Shown one piece after another: positions 9,613 through 20,441 of a DNA stretch of 64,000 nucleotides. The position numbers were made by a program, and so were the translations under genes. The notes beneath the pieces were generated by a model, which did no database searches, was not told the origin of the DNA, and saw nothing but the letters and a program-made list of their open reading frames with translations. Location of the stretch: assembly GCA_016183535.1 (NCBI GenBank), contig JACPEK010000002.1, positions 1,382 to 65,381 of the forward strand, given 5' to 3'. This DNA comes from Candidatus Brennerbacteria bacterium. Lineage in GTDB: Bacteria; Patescibacteriota; Minisyncoccia; UBA6257; GWB1-50-10. Numbering within the stretch: the first letter of the stretch is position 1; every line of letters starts with the position of its first letter.

Positions 9613-10872
9613 ATGAAGAAAAAAACCGCTGATAAAAAGAAAAAACTTGTAGCGAGACGCTCACCTTCCGGCACGCGGGTTCGCGCATTGCGCGGAGCAA
9701 AACCCGCGGCGCACCGTCCGGCGCGGAAAGATCCGCGGAATGCCGGCACAAAAAAAAACAAAAAGCAATCGTCGAAAAAGATTTCTCCCGAGGTTCTCAA
9801 AGAGTATGAAGCGCATCTCGACGAACTGGTGCGGCGCGGGAGGGGACGCGGGTTTGTCACGGACGCCGAGGTGTTGAACTATTTTCCCCATATCGAACAA
9901 CATCTCGGTTTTCTCGAGCGTGTTTACGAGCGGCTCGAGAAGGAGGGAATTAAGGTGCAGGAACCCGCGGGGCTTGTCACGAAGAAAGATCGTGAGGAAA
10001 TAAGCCTCGAGGAGCTTCGCAAGGCGACGGATATGGATGATATTCTACCCGATGCCGTACAGATGTATCTCAAGGAAATCGGGAAGACCGCACTCCTTAC
10101 GTCGAAGGAAGAAAAGGAACTCGCGAAGCGCATTGAGGCGGGCGACGAAACCGCGCGTCAAAAGCTTATCCAGGCCAACCTCCGGTTGGTGGTGAGTATC
10201 GCGAAGCGCTATGTGAACCGCTCGCCGCACCTTTCGATCCTCGACTTGGTGCAGGAGGGGAATATCGGGCTCTCGCGCGCGGTCGATAAGTTCGACTACC
10301 GCCGAGGATTCAAGTTTTCCACCTACGCCACCTGGTGGATCCGACAGGCGGTTACCCGCGCCTTAGCCGACTACTCCCGCACCATCCGCATTCCGGTTCA
10401 TATGGTGGAGACGATTACGAAGTATGCCCAGACAAAGCGGCGTCTGATGCAGGAGCTTGGCCGCGATCCGCTTCCCGAAGAAATTGCGACGGAGCTTGGC
10501 ATTGATGTGGAGAAGGTGCACTACATTCAGAAAATTTCCCAGGAAGTCATCTCGCTTGAAACTCCGATCGGTGATGACGATGACGACTCCATACTCTCGG
10601 ACTTTATTCCCGACGAGCGCGGCATGACCCCGGATCAACTTGCCTCGCACGCGCTCCTGCGCGACCAGATCAGGGAAATTCTCGCGGATTTGACCGAGCG
10701 GGAACAGAAAATTCTCTCGATGCGTTTTGGGCTTGAGGACAATATCCCGCACACCTTGGAGGAAGTGGGAAAAATCTTCGGCGTGACGCGCGAGCGCATA
10801 CGGCAGATTGAGGCGAAGGCGCTCGAAAAAATCAGAAGCCATGAAAAGGTGAAGAAACTCGAGGGATATTAA
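9613..10872 (+). CDS. rpoD: Primary sigma-70 factor
   Basis: [35 protein letters not shown], region 4 TLEEVG...TRERIRQIE. Confidence 0.95.
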   Translation: MKKKTADKKKKLVARRSPSGTRVRALRGAKPAAHRPARKDPRNAGTKKNKKQSSKKISPEVLKEYEAHLDELVRRGRGRGFVTDAEVLNYFPHIEQHLGFLERVYERLEKEGIKVQEPAGLVTKKDREEISLEELRKATDMDDILPDAVQMYLKEIGKTALLTSKEEKELAKRIEAGDETARQKLIQANLRLVVSIAKRYVNRSPHLSILDLVQEGNIGLSRAVDKFDYRRGFKFSTYATWWIRQAVTRALADYSRTIRIPVHMVETITKYAQTKRRLMQELGRDPLPEEIATELGIDVEKVHYIQKISQEVISLETPIGDDDDDSILSDFIPDERGMTPDQLASHALLRDQIREILADLTEREQKILSMRFGLEDNIPHTLEEVGKIFGVTRERIRQIEAKALEKIRSHEKVKKLEGY

Positions 10873-12617
10873 TGAACGGCAACGACATTCGCGCCGAGTT
10901 TCTGAAGTTTTTTGCCGCGCGAGGGCATGCGGTGGTGCCCTCCTCTTCGCTCGTGCCGGATGATCCGTCGGTGTTGTTCACCACCGCCGGAATGCAGCAG
11001 TTCAAGAGGTACTACACCGGCGAGCTCGACGCGAAGAAGGATTTCAAGAGTCTCAATGCCGCGTCCGTACAGAAATGTTTTCGTACCTCCGATATCGACG
11101 AGGTGGGGGACGAGTCGCACCTCACGTTTTTCGAGATGCTCGGGAACTTTTCGTTCGGAGAGTATTTTAAAGAAGGAGCCATCCAATACGGGTACGAATT
11201 CATCACAAAGGTCATGAAGCTTCCCATCGACTACGTGACGGTATTTGATCCGGATAAGGTGCCGGAAGGCGATTGGCGAAAAGGGGTGCCGCGCGACGAC
11301 GAATCGCGCGTCATCTGGGAAAAACTCGGCGTGAAAGATGTGCGAGGCGACGGAATAGATGTGTTTTGGGGCCCTACCGGCGCCGAAGGTCCGTGCGGTC
11401 CGACGACCGAAATTTATGTGAAAAGCGCTGCGGGAAAAAGTCTGGAGGTGTGGAATATTGTATTCAACGAGTTCTACCGCGATACAGAGAAAAAGTTAAC
11501 AAAACTCCAGACGCGCGGCGTGGATACCGGCATGGGCTTGGAGCGGCTTGCGATGGTGTCGCAGGGCGTGCCGACGATTTTTGAGACCGACCTCTTCACA
11601 CCGCTCATGAAGCTTTTACCTTCCAACCTATCCGAAAGGACCCGGCGCATTCTCGCGGACCACGTGCGCGGTATCGCGTTCCTATTATCCGATGGCGTGC
11701 GGCCGTCAAACAAGGAAGCGGGCTACGTGCTTCGGCGGCTTATGCGACGCCTCATCACACACCTCCACATTGCTGGTAATCCTATTGATCCAGCGCATCT
11801 TTATTGGGAGGTTCGTGAGCATTATGAAAAATTTTATCCTAAGCTTAACACTCAAATCGTTCTCGAAGAGTTTACCGTTGAATGGGCGCGATTTGAAAAA
11901 ACGCTTGCGGTGGGTTTGAAAGAGCTTGCAAAAGTTGATTCGCTCGATGCAAAGCGCGCATTCACCCTCTACGAGAGCTACGGATTGCCGTACGAAATCT
12001 TAAAGGAGCTTGGCGGTGAGAAGGCGAAGAGACTAAACCGTGAGGAGTTCGACGAGGAATTTGCGAAGCACCAAGAGATATCCCGCGCGGGATCGGTGAA
12101 GAAGTTCGGTGGCCACGGGCTCATTTTGAACACCGGAGAGCTGAAGGCGGGGGATGAAGAGGAGTTGAAAAAAATGACGCGTCTCCACACCGCGACCCAC
12201 TTGCTTCAGAAGGCGCTCCGCGAAGTGCTGGGGTCCGAGGTCGCCCAGCGCGGGTCGGACATCACGCCCGAGCGTACCCGTTTCGATTTCTCGTTCCCGC
12301 GGAAGGTGGAGAAGGAGGAGCTGGAGGAGGCGGAGGAGCTGGTGAATAAAAAGATAAAAGAGGACTTGCCGGTGAACTTCAAGGAAATGTCCAAGGAAGA
12401 AGCGGAAAAGACCGGCGCGCTGTATTTCTTCAAGGAGAAATACCCCAACCGCGTAAAGGTGTATTACGTGGGCCACTCGCTTGAAGATGCATGGAGTAAG
12501 GAATTCTGTGGCGGCCCGCACGTCATGCATACAGGAGAAATCGGTCGTATAAAGATTACAAAAGAAAAGGCGGTCGGGGTGGGAGTGCGGAGAATTCGAG
12601 CGATACTCGTGGAATGA
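10872..12617 (+). CDS. alaS: Alanyl-tRNA synthetase, short form without C-Ala domain
   Basis: LFTTAGMQQF, TFFEMLGNFSFG, DTGMGLER, editing motifs HTATH and CGGPH. Confidence 0.95.
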   Translation: MNGNDIRAEFLKFFAARGHAVVPSSSLVPDDPSVLFTTAGMQQFKRYYTGELDAKKDFKSLNAASVQKCFRTSDIDEVGDESHLTFFEMLGNFSFGEYFKEGAIQYGYEFITKVMKLPIDYVTVFDPDKVPEGDWRKGVPRDDESRVIWEKLGVKDVRGDGIDVFWGPTGAEGPCGPTTEIYVKSAAGKSLEVWNIVFNEFYRDTEKKLTKLQTRGVDTGMGLERLAMVSQGVPTIFETDLFTPLMKLLPSNLSERTRRILADHVRGIAFLLSDGVRPSNKEAGYVLRRLMRRLITHLHIAGNPIDPAHLYWEVREHYEKFYPKLNTQIVLEEFTVEWARFEKTLAVGLKELAKVDSLDAKRAFTLYESYGLPYEILKELGGEKAKRLNREEFDEEFAKHQEISRAGSVKKFGGHGLILNTGELKAGDEEELKKMTRLHTATHLLQKALREVLGSEVAQRGSDITPERTRFDFSFPRKVEKEELEEAEELVNKKIKEDLPVNFKEMSKEEAEKTGALYFFKEKYPNRVKVYYVGHSLEDAWSKEFCGGPHVMHTGEIGRIKITKEKAVGVGVRRIRAILVE

Positions 12618-12624
12618 GCAAATT

Positions 12625-12664
12625 CACAACATTCCAACATTCTATAGAATGTTGGAATGTTGTG
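12625..12664. repeat. 40-bp perfect palindrome (AACATTC family), copy 1
   Basis: CACAACATTCCAACATTCTATAGAATGTTGGAATGTTGTG. Confidence 0.9.
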
Positions 12665-12777
12665 CTGGTGCCACTTTACGATTCTCGAGGATTGTTAAGT
12701 GGCAAGTATAGTAAGTTGAGAAAAATCATTTCCATGCTTGAGCGCGGTAAGATAGAGGAGGGTATATAATAAATCAC

Positions 12778-14769
12778 ATGGAAGACGCACCGGAGAAAAA
12801 CGTGGCCTATTTCGGCCGTGTGGACTTTCGAAATCAAAATAGGCTTTTTGGCATCAAGCGCATCGACCGGCGCCAGCATATGTATGTGATCGGGAAAACC
12901 GGCACCGGGAAAAGCGCGATGCTTCACAACCTTATCGTCCAGGATATCGCGAACGGTGAGGGGGTGTGTGTGGTGGATCCACACGGCGAGCTTGTGGAAT
13001 CGATCCTCACGAAGATTCCGAAGGAGCGGGTCGCCGACGTGGTGTATTTCAACCCTGCGGACAGCGAATATCCAATGGGATTCAACGTGCTCGAACTCCC
13101 CGACCCGAAATACAAACATCTTGTGGCGTCCGGTCTCATGGGGATTTTCACGAAGATTTGGGCGGGTACGTGGTCCGCGCGGATGGAGTACATTTTGAAC
13201 AACGCGGTCCTGGCGCTCCTTGATACGCCGAGCTCGACGCTTCTCGGCGTGAGCCGCATTCTCGTCGACAAGGAATACCGCCAACAAATTCTCGCGAACG
13301 TGAAGGATCCGGTGGTGCGGTCGTTCTGGCTCAACGAATACGAGGAGTGGCGTGACCAGTTCAGAAACGAGGCCATCGCCCCGATCCAAAACAAAGTGGG
13401 GCAATTTCTCTCGACCGCGATGATTCGGAACGTGGTGGGTCAGCCGCGGAGCACCATCGACATTTTCAAGATCATGAACGAGGGGAAAATTTTTCTCGTG
13501 AACGTGTCAAAGGGCCGCATCGGGGAGGACAACTCGGCGCTCTTGGGCGCCATGCTCATCACAAAAATCCAACTCGCCGCGATGGAGCGCGTGCGCATTT
13601 CCGAGGATGAGCGCGTGGATTTCTACCTCTACGTGGACGAGTTCCAGAATTTTGCGACCGATTCGTTCGCGGGCATCCTTTCCGAGGCGCGGAAATACCG
13701 CCTGAATCTTGTACTTGCGCACCAGTATATCGGTCAGCTGGTTACGGATATTTCCACAAAGGTGCGCGACGCGGTGTTCGGGAATGTGGGGACGATGATC
13801 GTGTTTCGCGTGGGAGCCGCCGATGCGGAATTTTTGGAGCAGGAATTCACGCCGGAACTCACGCAGGAAGATATTGTAAACCTTCCGAACTACACGATTT
13901 ATCTCAAGCTTATGGTGGACGGCATTACCTCGCGGCCGTTTTCCGCGCGCACCCTCCCGCCATTCAAAGTGGAAACTTCGGAAAGCGCCGCGGAGATGGT
14001 AATGATCGAATCGCGCCGGCGTTATGCGAAACCGCGGTATGCGGTGGAGGGAGAAATTACGCGGTGGGCGGGTGGCATGGTGGAAAATAATGGCGCGGCG
14101 GATGGATCCGACGAAAATCACTTTGGGGGCGCGGGGGGAGGTGAGGCGGGAAAATTCGAGGCGGTATGTTCCTCGTGCGGGAAAATCACCACCGTGCCGT
14201 TCAAGCCGCTCCCAGGGCGTCCCGTCTATTGCCAGGATTGTCTGAAAAAAATAAAAACCGGCGAGCTCCCGCCGGTGCGAGTGCCACGCCTGCCCGACCA
14301 GCAAGCGGGTGCGCTTTCGGAACGGGAAGAAACCGGCTCCATGAGCCATCTCGCAAAACTGGGAATAGAGTTCGGGGCTAATGTCCGTGGCGCCGAGAAT
14401 GCTCGTCATAAGCGTGAGGGGGAACATGCGCCGACACCGCGTCGGTTCACAGAAATAAGACCGCGTCCCGCGCCAGTCAACAAAAAGAATTTTGAAAAAC
14501 GCGAAACGCCTCCGCCTCTGCCGGTCGTAGCGGGCCTTAATGAAAAAAATCGCCAAGAGCACCAAGAAAGGCCGCGTCATCGCCCTTCCATCCTCCGCGA
14601 TGATCCTGCCATCCCCGTCTCTTCGGAGGAGGAGCAGGAACATAAACTTCGCTTGAGCGAGCTCCAACCGACGGAACTGAAGGAAACAAAAAAGCCGTCG
14701 TGGGACGACGGCGAGCCGGACATCAAGGGGTTGCAGGATGCGCTCCGCGACGCGCTCAAAAATATTTAA
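12778..14769 (+). CDS. VirD4/TraD/HerA-like P-loop ATPase with CxxC-x17-CxxC domain
   Basis: Walker A GKTGTGKS, DPHGE, Walker B YVDEFQN, CSSC...CQDC, disordered C-terminus. Confidence 0.8.
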   Translation: MEDAPEKNVAYFGRVDFRNQNRLFGIKRIDRRQHMYVIGKTGTGKSAMLHNLIVQDIANGEGVCVVDPHGELVESILTKIPKERVADVVYFNPADSEYPMGFNVLELPDPKYKHLVASGLMGIFTKIWAGTWSARMEYILNNAVLALLDTPSSTLLGVSRILVDKEYRQQILANVKDPVVRSFWLNEYEEWRDQFRNEAIAPIQNKVGQFLSTAMIRNVVGQPRSTIDIFKIMNEGKIFLVNVSKGRIGEDNSALLGAMLITKIQLAAMERVRISEDERVDFYLYVDEFQNFATDSFAGILSEARKYRLNLVLAHQYIGQLVTDISTKVRDAVFGNVGTMIVFRVGAADAEFLEQEFTPELTQEDIVNLPNYTIYLKLMVDGITSRPFSARTLPPFKVETSESAAEMVMIESRRRYAKPRYAVEGEITRWAGGMVENNGAADGSDENHFGGAGGGEAGKFEAVCSSCGKITTVPFKPLPGRPVYCQDCLKKIKTGELPPVRVPRLPDQQAGALSEREETGSMSHLAKLGIEFGANVRGAENARHKREGEHAPTPRRFTEIRPRPAPVNKKNFEKRETPPPLPVVAGLNEKNRQEHQERPRHRPSILRDDPAIPVSSEEEQEHKLRLSELQPTELKETKKPSWDDGEPDIKGLQDALRDALKNI

Positions 14770-15341
14770 GCCTTTTCGACGCGCTCGGCATAAGCGCCGG
14801 TCGCGGTGTTGATGCGGACGATGTCGCCCTCGCCGATGAAGAGGGGAACATTCACCTTGCCGCCGGTTTCGAGCGTGACCGACTTCGTGCCGCCGGTCGC
14901 GGTGTCGCCTTTCACGGCGGGCGGCGCCTCGATAACCTTGAGATCTATTTTCACGGGGAGTTCGATCGAGATGATAGCGTCCTTGAATTTAAAGGCTTTC
15001 ACCTCCGTGTTTGTTTTCAAGAATTGGCCCGCATCTCCGATGAGTTCGTCGGTGAGGCTGAAACGTGCCGCAGGTTTTCCTTTCTCGTGAAACCAATACT
15101 CGCCCTTGGCGTGGTAGATAAAATTAACCAGCGCGGTCTCGATCTCCACCTCGTAAAAACTCTCGTTCTGGTGTGCGGCATAGTCGAGCACCTTCCCGGT
15201 GAGGAGGTTTTTGATCTTGAGCTGGGTTACCGGTTTCCGCTGTTGCATGCGGATGAACGCGTACTCCATCACCTTGTAGGGGTTTGGGTCCTCGTTCTTG
15301 GTGAAGATGGTGCCAACTTTCAATTCGTTATAGGAAAGCAT
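14766..15341 (-). CDS. efp: Translation elongation factor P
   Basis: C-terminal PAVKGDTATGGTK...LETG...VPLFI.EGD...INTATGAYAER. Confidence 0.9.
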   Translation of the reverse strand: MLSYNELKVGTIFTKNEDPNPYKVMEYAFIRMQQRKPVTQLKIKNLLTGKVLDYAAHQNESFYEVEIETALVNFIYHAKGEYWFHEKGKPAARFSLTDELIGDAGQFLKTNTEVKAFKFKDAIISIELPVKIDLKVIEAPPAVKGDTATGGTKSVTLETGGKVNVPLFIGEGDIVRINTATGAYAERVEKA

Positions 15342-15395
15342 TGCTCGTAGATTCTATTGAAGGATGTGCGTTTTTGCAAGTATGATGGGGGTGCT

Positions 15396-16610
15396 ATGGC
15401 GACTAAGCGAAAAGTATTCGTTGCAATGTCCGGGGGTGTTGATTCGTCGGTCGCGGCATTGTTGCTCAAACAGGCTACACCAAATAATTTCTCGAAATTA
15501 TTTAGTCGCCCGACCCCGAAGGGGTTTAGAGGCTACGACGTGACCGGCGTTTTCATGCGTTGCTACAACATCGACGGGTGCGCGGAGCGCGACGCCGAGG
15601 ATGCCCGCCGCGTCGCGGAGCATATCGGCATTCCTTTTTATGTTTTTGATTTTGAGGAGGAATACAAGAAGCGCGTGGTGGTGTACATGGTGGAAGGGTA
15701 TCGTGCGGGACTCACGCCGAACCCGGATGTGATGTGCAACCGCGAGATAAAGTTCGGCCTGTTTTTCAAAAAAGTGATGGCGCTCGGAGCGGATTACGTG
15801 GCGACGGGGCATTATGCGAGATTGAAGAATTACAAAATTGAAGGATTGAAAAATTCCATTTCTGGAGATAATAAAAAATCTTTCAATTATTCAATCTTTC
15901 AATCCAAGGATTTGAACAAGGACCAGTCGTATTTCCTGTGGACGCTCACACAAAATGAATTGTCGCGCACGTTTTTCCCGGTCGGCGATCTTCTGAAGCC
16001 CGAGGTGCGCGCGATCGCGAAGAAAGCGGAACTCCCGACCGCGGAGAAAAAGGATTCACAGGGCATTTGTTTCTTGGGTGATGTGTCGCTTATGGATTTT
16101 CTCTCGCAATATCTTCCGCGCGAGCGTGGCGCGGTCTTCAACATTGAGGGGAAAAAAATAGGGGAGCATGAAGGCGCGCACTTCTACACCATCGGCCAGC
16201 GGCATATCGGCGTTGCCTCGCTTAAGAAAGGAGGCGGCGCCAAGCCGCACTATGTAGTGGAGAAGGATATCGAGACGAACGCGGTTGTGGTGGCGGAAGG
16301 TTCCGATCACCCCGCGCTTTATAGGAATGAAATTGTGCTCACAGACGTGAATTTTGTAAATCCTCCCATGTCTTCTTTGATGCGTAGGAATAAGCGAATA
16401 GAGGTGATGGCACGGGTAAGATATCGCCAGCCGCTCGCGCCCGCGGTTTTTAAAATTGCCCCGACCTCGTCGCGGATTCGCAATGAAATTGGAAAAAACG
16501 GGAAATGGAAAATTGAATTTGACCAGCCGGTCAAATTCGTCGCTCCCGGCCAATCCGCGGTCTTTTATTCGAAGAGGGGAGAATTACTGGGCGGAGGAAT
16601 CATCGTTTGA
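15396..16610 (+). CDS. mnmA: tRNA 2-thiouridylase MnmA with several short insertions
   Basis: MSGGVDSS, PNPDVMCN, ATGHYAR, KDQSYFL, DSQGICF, APGQSAVFY. Confidence 0.95.
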   Translation: MATKRKVFVAMSGGVDSSVAALLLKQATPNNFSKLFSRPTPKGFRGYDVTGVFMRCYNIDGCAERDAEDARRVAEHIGIPFYVFDFEEEYKKRVVVYMVEGYRAGLTPNPDVMCNREIKFGLFFKKVMALGADYVATGHYARLKNYKIEGLKNSISGDNKKSFNYSIFQSKDLNKDQSYFLWTLTQNELSRTFFPVGDLLKPEVRAIAKKAELPTAEKKDSQGICFLGDVSLMDFLSQYLPRERGAVFNIEGKKIGEHEGAHFYTIGQRHIGVASLKKGGGAKPHYVVEKDIETNAVVVAEGSDHPALYRNEIVLTDVNFVNPPMSSLMRRNKRIEVMARVRYRQPLAPAVFKIAPTSSRIRNEIGKNGKWKIEFDQPVKFVAPGQSAVFYSKRGELLGGGIIV

Positions 16611-16650
16611 AACGACGTCGGGGAGAGACCAGTTGGCTATACTGGACCTA

Positions 16651-18138
16651 ATGCGAGCGTACGACGCGTTTTTCTTCGGGGCGCTTTTCTTTCTCCTCGG
16701 AGTGCTGGTTGCCAGTATGGGATGGCATGAAGCGGTGTGGTGGATCGTCGGAGGCGGGATTGCGCTCTCGATCGCGTTCCAGCTTTGCCACCGTAAAAAA
16801 CATTCTAACATTCTATCGAATGTTAGAATGTGGTGGTGGGGGGAGGGGTGGCTCGTCGTGGCCGTTCTTCTTTTTTTCATTCCCGCAGGCGCGTTTTACT
16901 ATAGAACGGATGATGCGCATTTTAGTCGCGCGCCGCTCCCGGAAGACGAACGGACGTTTCGTGTCGCGGTGGTGTCGCATCCGACGGTGAAAGAAGGGAC
17001 GCAGGAGGCCGTGTTCGCGCTTGAAGGGTACAATATCCGCGTTCTCGCAAAACTCCCGGCCTATCCTGCGTTCTCGTACGGCGATCGCGCGATGTTCGAG
17101 GGGCGTATCGAGAAACCGTTTTCCGATTCGTATCGCACCTACCTCGCGAAAGAACGGATACGCGGGGTGATGGCGTTTCCTAAAATTTTCGCGCACGAAT
17201 CCGGAAACTTATCGTTCCGCGCCGCACTCTATATGTTCCGTGATAAAATCGTTGATGCTTTCCGCCGGACGCTTCCCGCGAAAGAAGCCGCGCTCATGGC
17301 GGGCGTTACGGTCGGGGCGCGCGAGGATTTCTCGGAAGAATTCCGCGCCGCGATGGCGAAGAGCGGCACCACGCATATCACCGCGCTTTCGGGTTACAAC
17401 ATTTCGGTGGTCATTCAATACGTGATGTGGTTTTTGCTTTTCGTATTCCCGCGCCGCAGCGCGTTTATCGCTACGCTCGGGGTGGTGCTTGCGTTCGTGC
17501 TTATGACGGGCGCCGAGGCTTCGGTGGTGCGCGCGGCGGTAATGGGGGCGATCGCGCTTCTCGCGTCTCATGTGGGACGTCGCGCAAGCACGAGAAATAT
17601 AATCATACTCGCGGCGCTCGCGATGGTGCTCGTAAATCCGAAGGTGCTCGCATTTGACCTCGGATTCCAACTTTCATTCCTCGCGCTTCTCGGGATTGTA
17701 TATCTCAAGCCCGCGCTCGACCGGTTTTTTGGATGGGGAAGGGATCATGGGCGGGGTGTTTTCTCGTGGCGTGAAAACCTCACGACGACCGCGTCGGCGC
17801 AATTTGCGGTCGCGCCACTCCTCATCCATACCTTCGGGAGTGTGAGCGTTACCTCGCTCGCCGCGAACCTTCTGGTTCTTGAAGTGGTGCCGCTCACGAT
17901 GGGGCTTGGTTTTATCCTCGCGGGAGTTTCGCTTGTTTCGCTATTTCTTTCAAAACTCATTGCGCTTGTGGCGCTCCTCTTCCTCAAATTTCAGACGTTC
18001 GTAATCGAATTATTTGCAACCCTCGCCATACCGGTGGGGCCGACGTTTTCTCTCGGCACAGTCTTGCTTTACTACGGGGCGATCGTCGTATTTGTGTATT
18101 ATGTTCGCCGAAATCGCTTCATTCCTCGAAAAATCTAG
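16651..18138 (+). CDS. comEC: ComEC/Rec2 competence channel (membrane part)
   Basis: GTTHITALSGYN, ASVVRAAVM, DLGFQLSFLA; many TM segments. Confidence 0.9.
   Translation: MRAYDAFFFGALFFLLGVLVASMGWHEAVWWIVGGGIALSIAFQLCHRKKHSNILSNVRMWWWGEGWLVVAVLLFFIPAGAFYYRTDDAHFSRAPLPEDERTFRVAVVSHPTVKEGTQEAVFALEGYNIRVLAKLPAYPAFSYGDRAMFEGRIEKPFSDSYRTYLAKERIRGVMAFPKIFAHESGNLSFRAALYMFRDKIVDAFRRTLPAKEAALMAGVTVGAREDFSEEFRAAMAKSGTTHITALSGYNISVVIQYVMWFLLFVFPRRSAFIATLGVVLAFVLMTGAEASVVRAAVMGAIALLASHVGRRASTRNIIILAALAMVLVNPKVLAFDLGFQLSFLALLGIVYLKPALDRFFGWGRDHGRGVFSWRENLTTTASAQFAVAPLLIHTFGSVSVTSLAANLLVLEVVPLTMGLGFILAGVSLVSLFLSKLIALVALLFLKFQTFVIELFATLAIPVGPTFSLGTVLLYYGAIVVFVYYVRRNRFIPRKI
16800..16831. repeat. AACATTC palindrome, copy 2, in frame in comEC (HSNILSNVRM)
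   Basis: ACATTCTAACATTCTATCGAATGTTAGAATGT. Confidence 0.85.
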
Positions 18139-18997
18139 ACGACGCACGTTCCTCGTGCTTGTGGCGCTCATTATCCTCGACGCCTTCCTTTTCGGTGTGC
18201 TTGGCGCGGAAGGCGGGGAAAATGGCGGTGCTTCGGTTTCATTCCTCGACGTGGGACAGGGCGACGCATCACTCATCGAGCTGGAGCGCGGCGTGCAGAT
18301 TCTGATTGATGGTGGGCCGCCGAACGGGCGGCTCCTCGCGGCGCTCGGGGAAATCATGCCACCGATTGATCGCACGATTGAACTCGTGGTGCTTACCCAT
18401 CCCGAACTTGACCACTATGGTGGGTTTATTGATCTCCTCACGCGCTACGACGTTGGCGCGTTTCTTGAAACCGGCGTAACGAAAGAAGTTGATGCCTACT
18501 CGACGTTGGCGCGAATTCTCGAGGAACGCGGCGTGCGCCGCATCACACTCCGCGCCGGCGACCGTGTTCGATATGCGGAAAATATTGTTACCGTGCTCTC
18601 GCCCGACGAAGCGCTCGCGCACGCGAAGGAGAAGAATGACACGGGGTTTGTGCTTGCATTCGAGTCGGATCCGTCCGCCGGCGGCGCGCGCTTTCTTTTC
18701 ACCGCGGACATCGGGGCGGAGGTGGAACGGGCGGTCGCAAAAATTATCGACGTTCCCTTCGATGTGCTCAAAGTTTCACACCACGGATCGAAATTTTCTT
18801 CCGATGCGCAATTCCTCGCCACGGTGCGGCCGGCGCTTGCCGCAATTGAGGTCGGGAAGAATTCCTACGGCCACCCAACCAAAGAGGCACTCGCGCGCCT
18901 TGAAGCGGTGGGGACAAAAATCTACCGCACGGACCGCGATGGGACAATCACGGTACGGGTAGAAAATGGCCGCCTACGCGTTTTTGATGAAAGGTAA
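18101..18997 (+). CDS. ComEC-associated metallo-beta-lactamase-fold hydrolase
   Basis: FLDVGQGDA, THPELDHYGG, KVSHHGS, NSYGHP. Confidence 0.9.
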   Translation: MFAEIASFLEKSRRRTFLVLVALIILDAFLFGVLGAEGGENGGASVSFLDVGQGDASLIELERGVQILIDGGPPNGRLLAALGEIMPPIDRTIELVVLTHPELDHYGGFIDLLTRYDVGAFLETGVTKEVDAYSTLARILEERGVRRITLRAGDRVRYAENIVTVLSPDEALAHAKEKNDTGFVLAFESDPSAGGARFLFTADIGAEVERAVAKIIDVPFDVLKVSHHGSKFSSDAQFLATVRPALAAIEVGKNSYGHPTKEALARLEAVGTKIYRTDRDGTITVRVENGRLRVFDER

Positions 18998-19031
18998 CGG
19001 GCGGGGTACAATAGTGATAACGTAATCAACC

Positions 19032-20441
19032 ATGGAACGGACGCTCGCGCGGGATATTCCAGAAAGAGAGGGCAAAGAAGTAACGCTCAAAGGATGGGCG
19101 GACACGCGTCGCGACCACGGTAAACTTGTATTTATTGATCTCCGCGACCGGAGCGGGATCGTGCAGGTGGTGCTCAAAGAGGAAATCACGAACGCGGGAG
19201 AGATACGAGGAGAAGACGTGATCGAGGTACGCGGGATCGTAAAAGCGCGTCCCGCGGGGATGGTGAACGAAAAGTTGCCGCACCGGCTTGGCTACTACGA
19301 GGTGCAGGTCACGTCGTTCACATTCTTGAATCAAATAAGAGGGGAGGGAATCCCCATTCCCATTCAAGGCGACGGGTACGAGGTCAACGAAGAGACGCGA
19401 ATGTTGCTTCGCTATCTCGACCTTCGGCGCGCGCGGCTCCAGAAAAACCTCCGGCACCGAGCAAACATAACGCAATTTATAAGGAATTTTCTTGCGGAGC
19501 GGGATTTTACGGAGATAGAAACGCCGATTCTCACAAAGTCCACGCCCGAGGGCGCGCGTGATTATCTTGTGCCCTCCCGTATTGAAAAAGGGTGGTTTTA
19601 TGCGCTCCCGCAATCACCCCAGCAGTACAAACAGCTTTTGATGGTGGCGGGATTCGAGCGATATTTCCAGATCGCGCGGTGTTTCCGCGACGAGGACACG
19701 CGCGGCGACCGTCAGCCGGAATTTACCCAGCTCGATCTCGAGATGAGTTTTGTGGAGCGCGAGGACGTAATGGCGCTCAACGAAGAAGTTTTGATCGCGA
19801 TCGTGGAGAAGCTTTATCCGGAAAAGAAAATACAAGAAAAGCCGTTCCCGCGTCTCACGTATGCGGAGGCGATGGAAAAATATAGCACCGACCGGCCCGA
19901 CCTCCGGAATGATAAAAACGATCCGAATCTTCTCGCGTTCGCGTGGATCGTGGATTTCCCGTTCTTTGAAAAGACCGACAAAGGCGGGTGGACTTTCACC
20001 CATAATCCATTCTCCGCGCCGAAGGAGGAGTTCATGGAAGATCTTCTCGCGAGGAAAAATATCGGCGACATTCTCACGTCGCAGTACGACGTGATACTGA
20101 ACGGATGGGAGATCGGCGGCGGGAGTATTCGCAATCACACGGCGGAGGGGCTTATCGCGGTTCTCAACATTATCGGCCACAAAGATCCGCAGGGCTTCAA
20201 ACATATGTTTGACGCTCTTGCGCGCGGCGCGCCGCCGCACGGCGGTATCGCGTGGGGCCTCGATCGGTTGGTGATGATCCTTGAGAACGAGCCGAACATC
20301 CGCGAGGTGATCGCGTTTCCAAAAACCGGCGATGGGCGCGATCTTATGATGCGTGCACCTTCGGAGGTTGTGAAGGAACAATTAGATGAGTTAGGGTTGG
20401 AAATAAAAAAAGAGTCCGCAAAAAAGAAAAATGGCAAATAA
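19032..20441 (+). CDS. aspS: Aspartyl-tRNA synthetase, compact form
   Basis: FIDLRDRSG, TPEGARDY, LPQSPQQYKQLLM, DRQPEFTQLD, PPHGGIAWGLDR; 469 aa. Confidence 0.95.
   Translation: MERTLARDIPEREGKEVTLKGWADTRRDHGKLVFIDLRDRSGIVQVVLKEEITNAGEIRGEDVIEVRGIVKARPAGMVNEKLPHRLGYYEVQVTSFTFLNQIRGEGIPIPIQGDGYEVNEETRMLLRYLDLRRARLQKNLRHRANITQFIRNFLAERDFTEIETPILTKSTPEGARDYLVPSRIEKGWFYALPQSPQQYKQLLMVAGFERYFQIARCFRDEDTRGDRQPEFTQLDLEMSFVEREDVMALNEEVLIAIVEKLYPEKKIQEKPFPRLTYAEAMEKYSTDRPDLRNDKNDPNLLAFAWIVDFPFFEKTDKGGWTFTHNPFSAPKEEFMEDLLARKNIGDILTSQYDVILNGWEIGGGSIRNHTAEGLIAVLNIIGHKDPQGFKHMFDALARGAPPHGGIAWGLDRLVMILENEPNIREVIAFPKTGDGRDLMMRAPSEVVKEQLDELGLEIKKESAKKKNGK

Noticed and set aside
12778-14769. Conjugative element suggested by the VirD4/TraD-like ATPase
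   Set aside because: No relaxase, virB genes, integrase or att sites; it lies among housekeeping genes.
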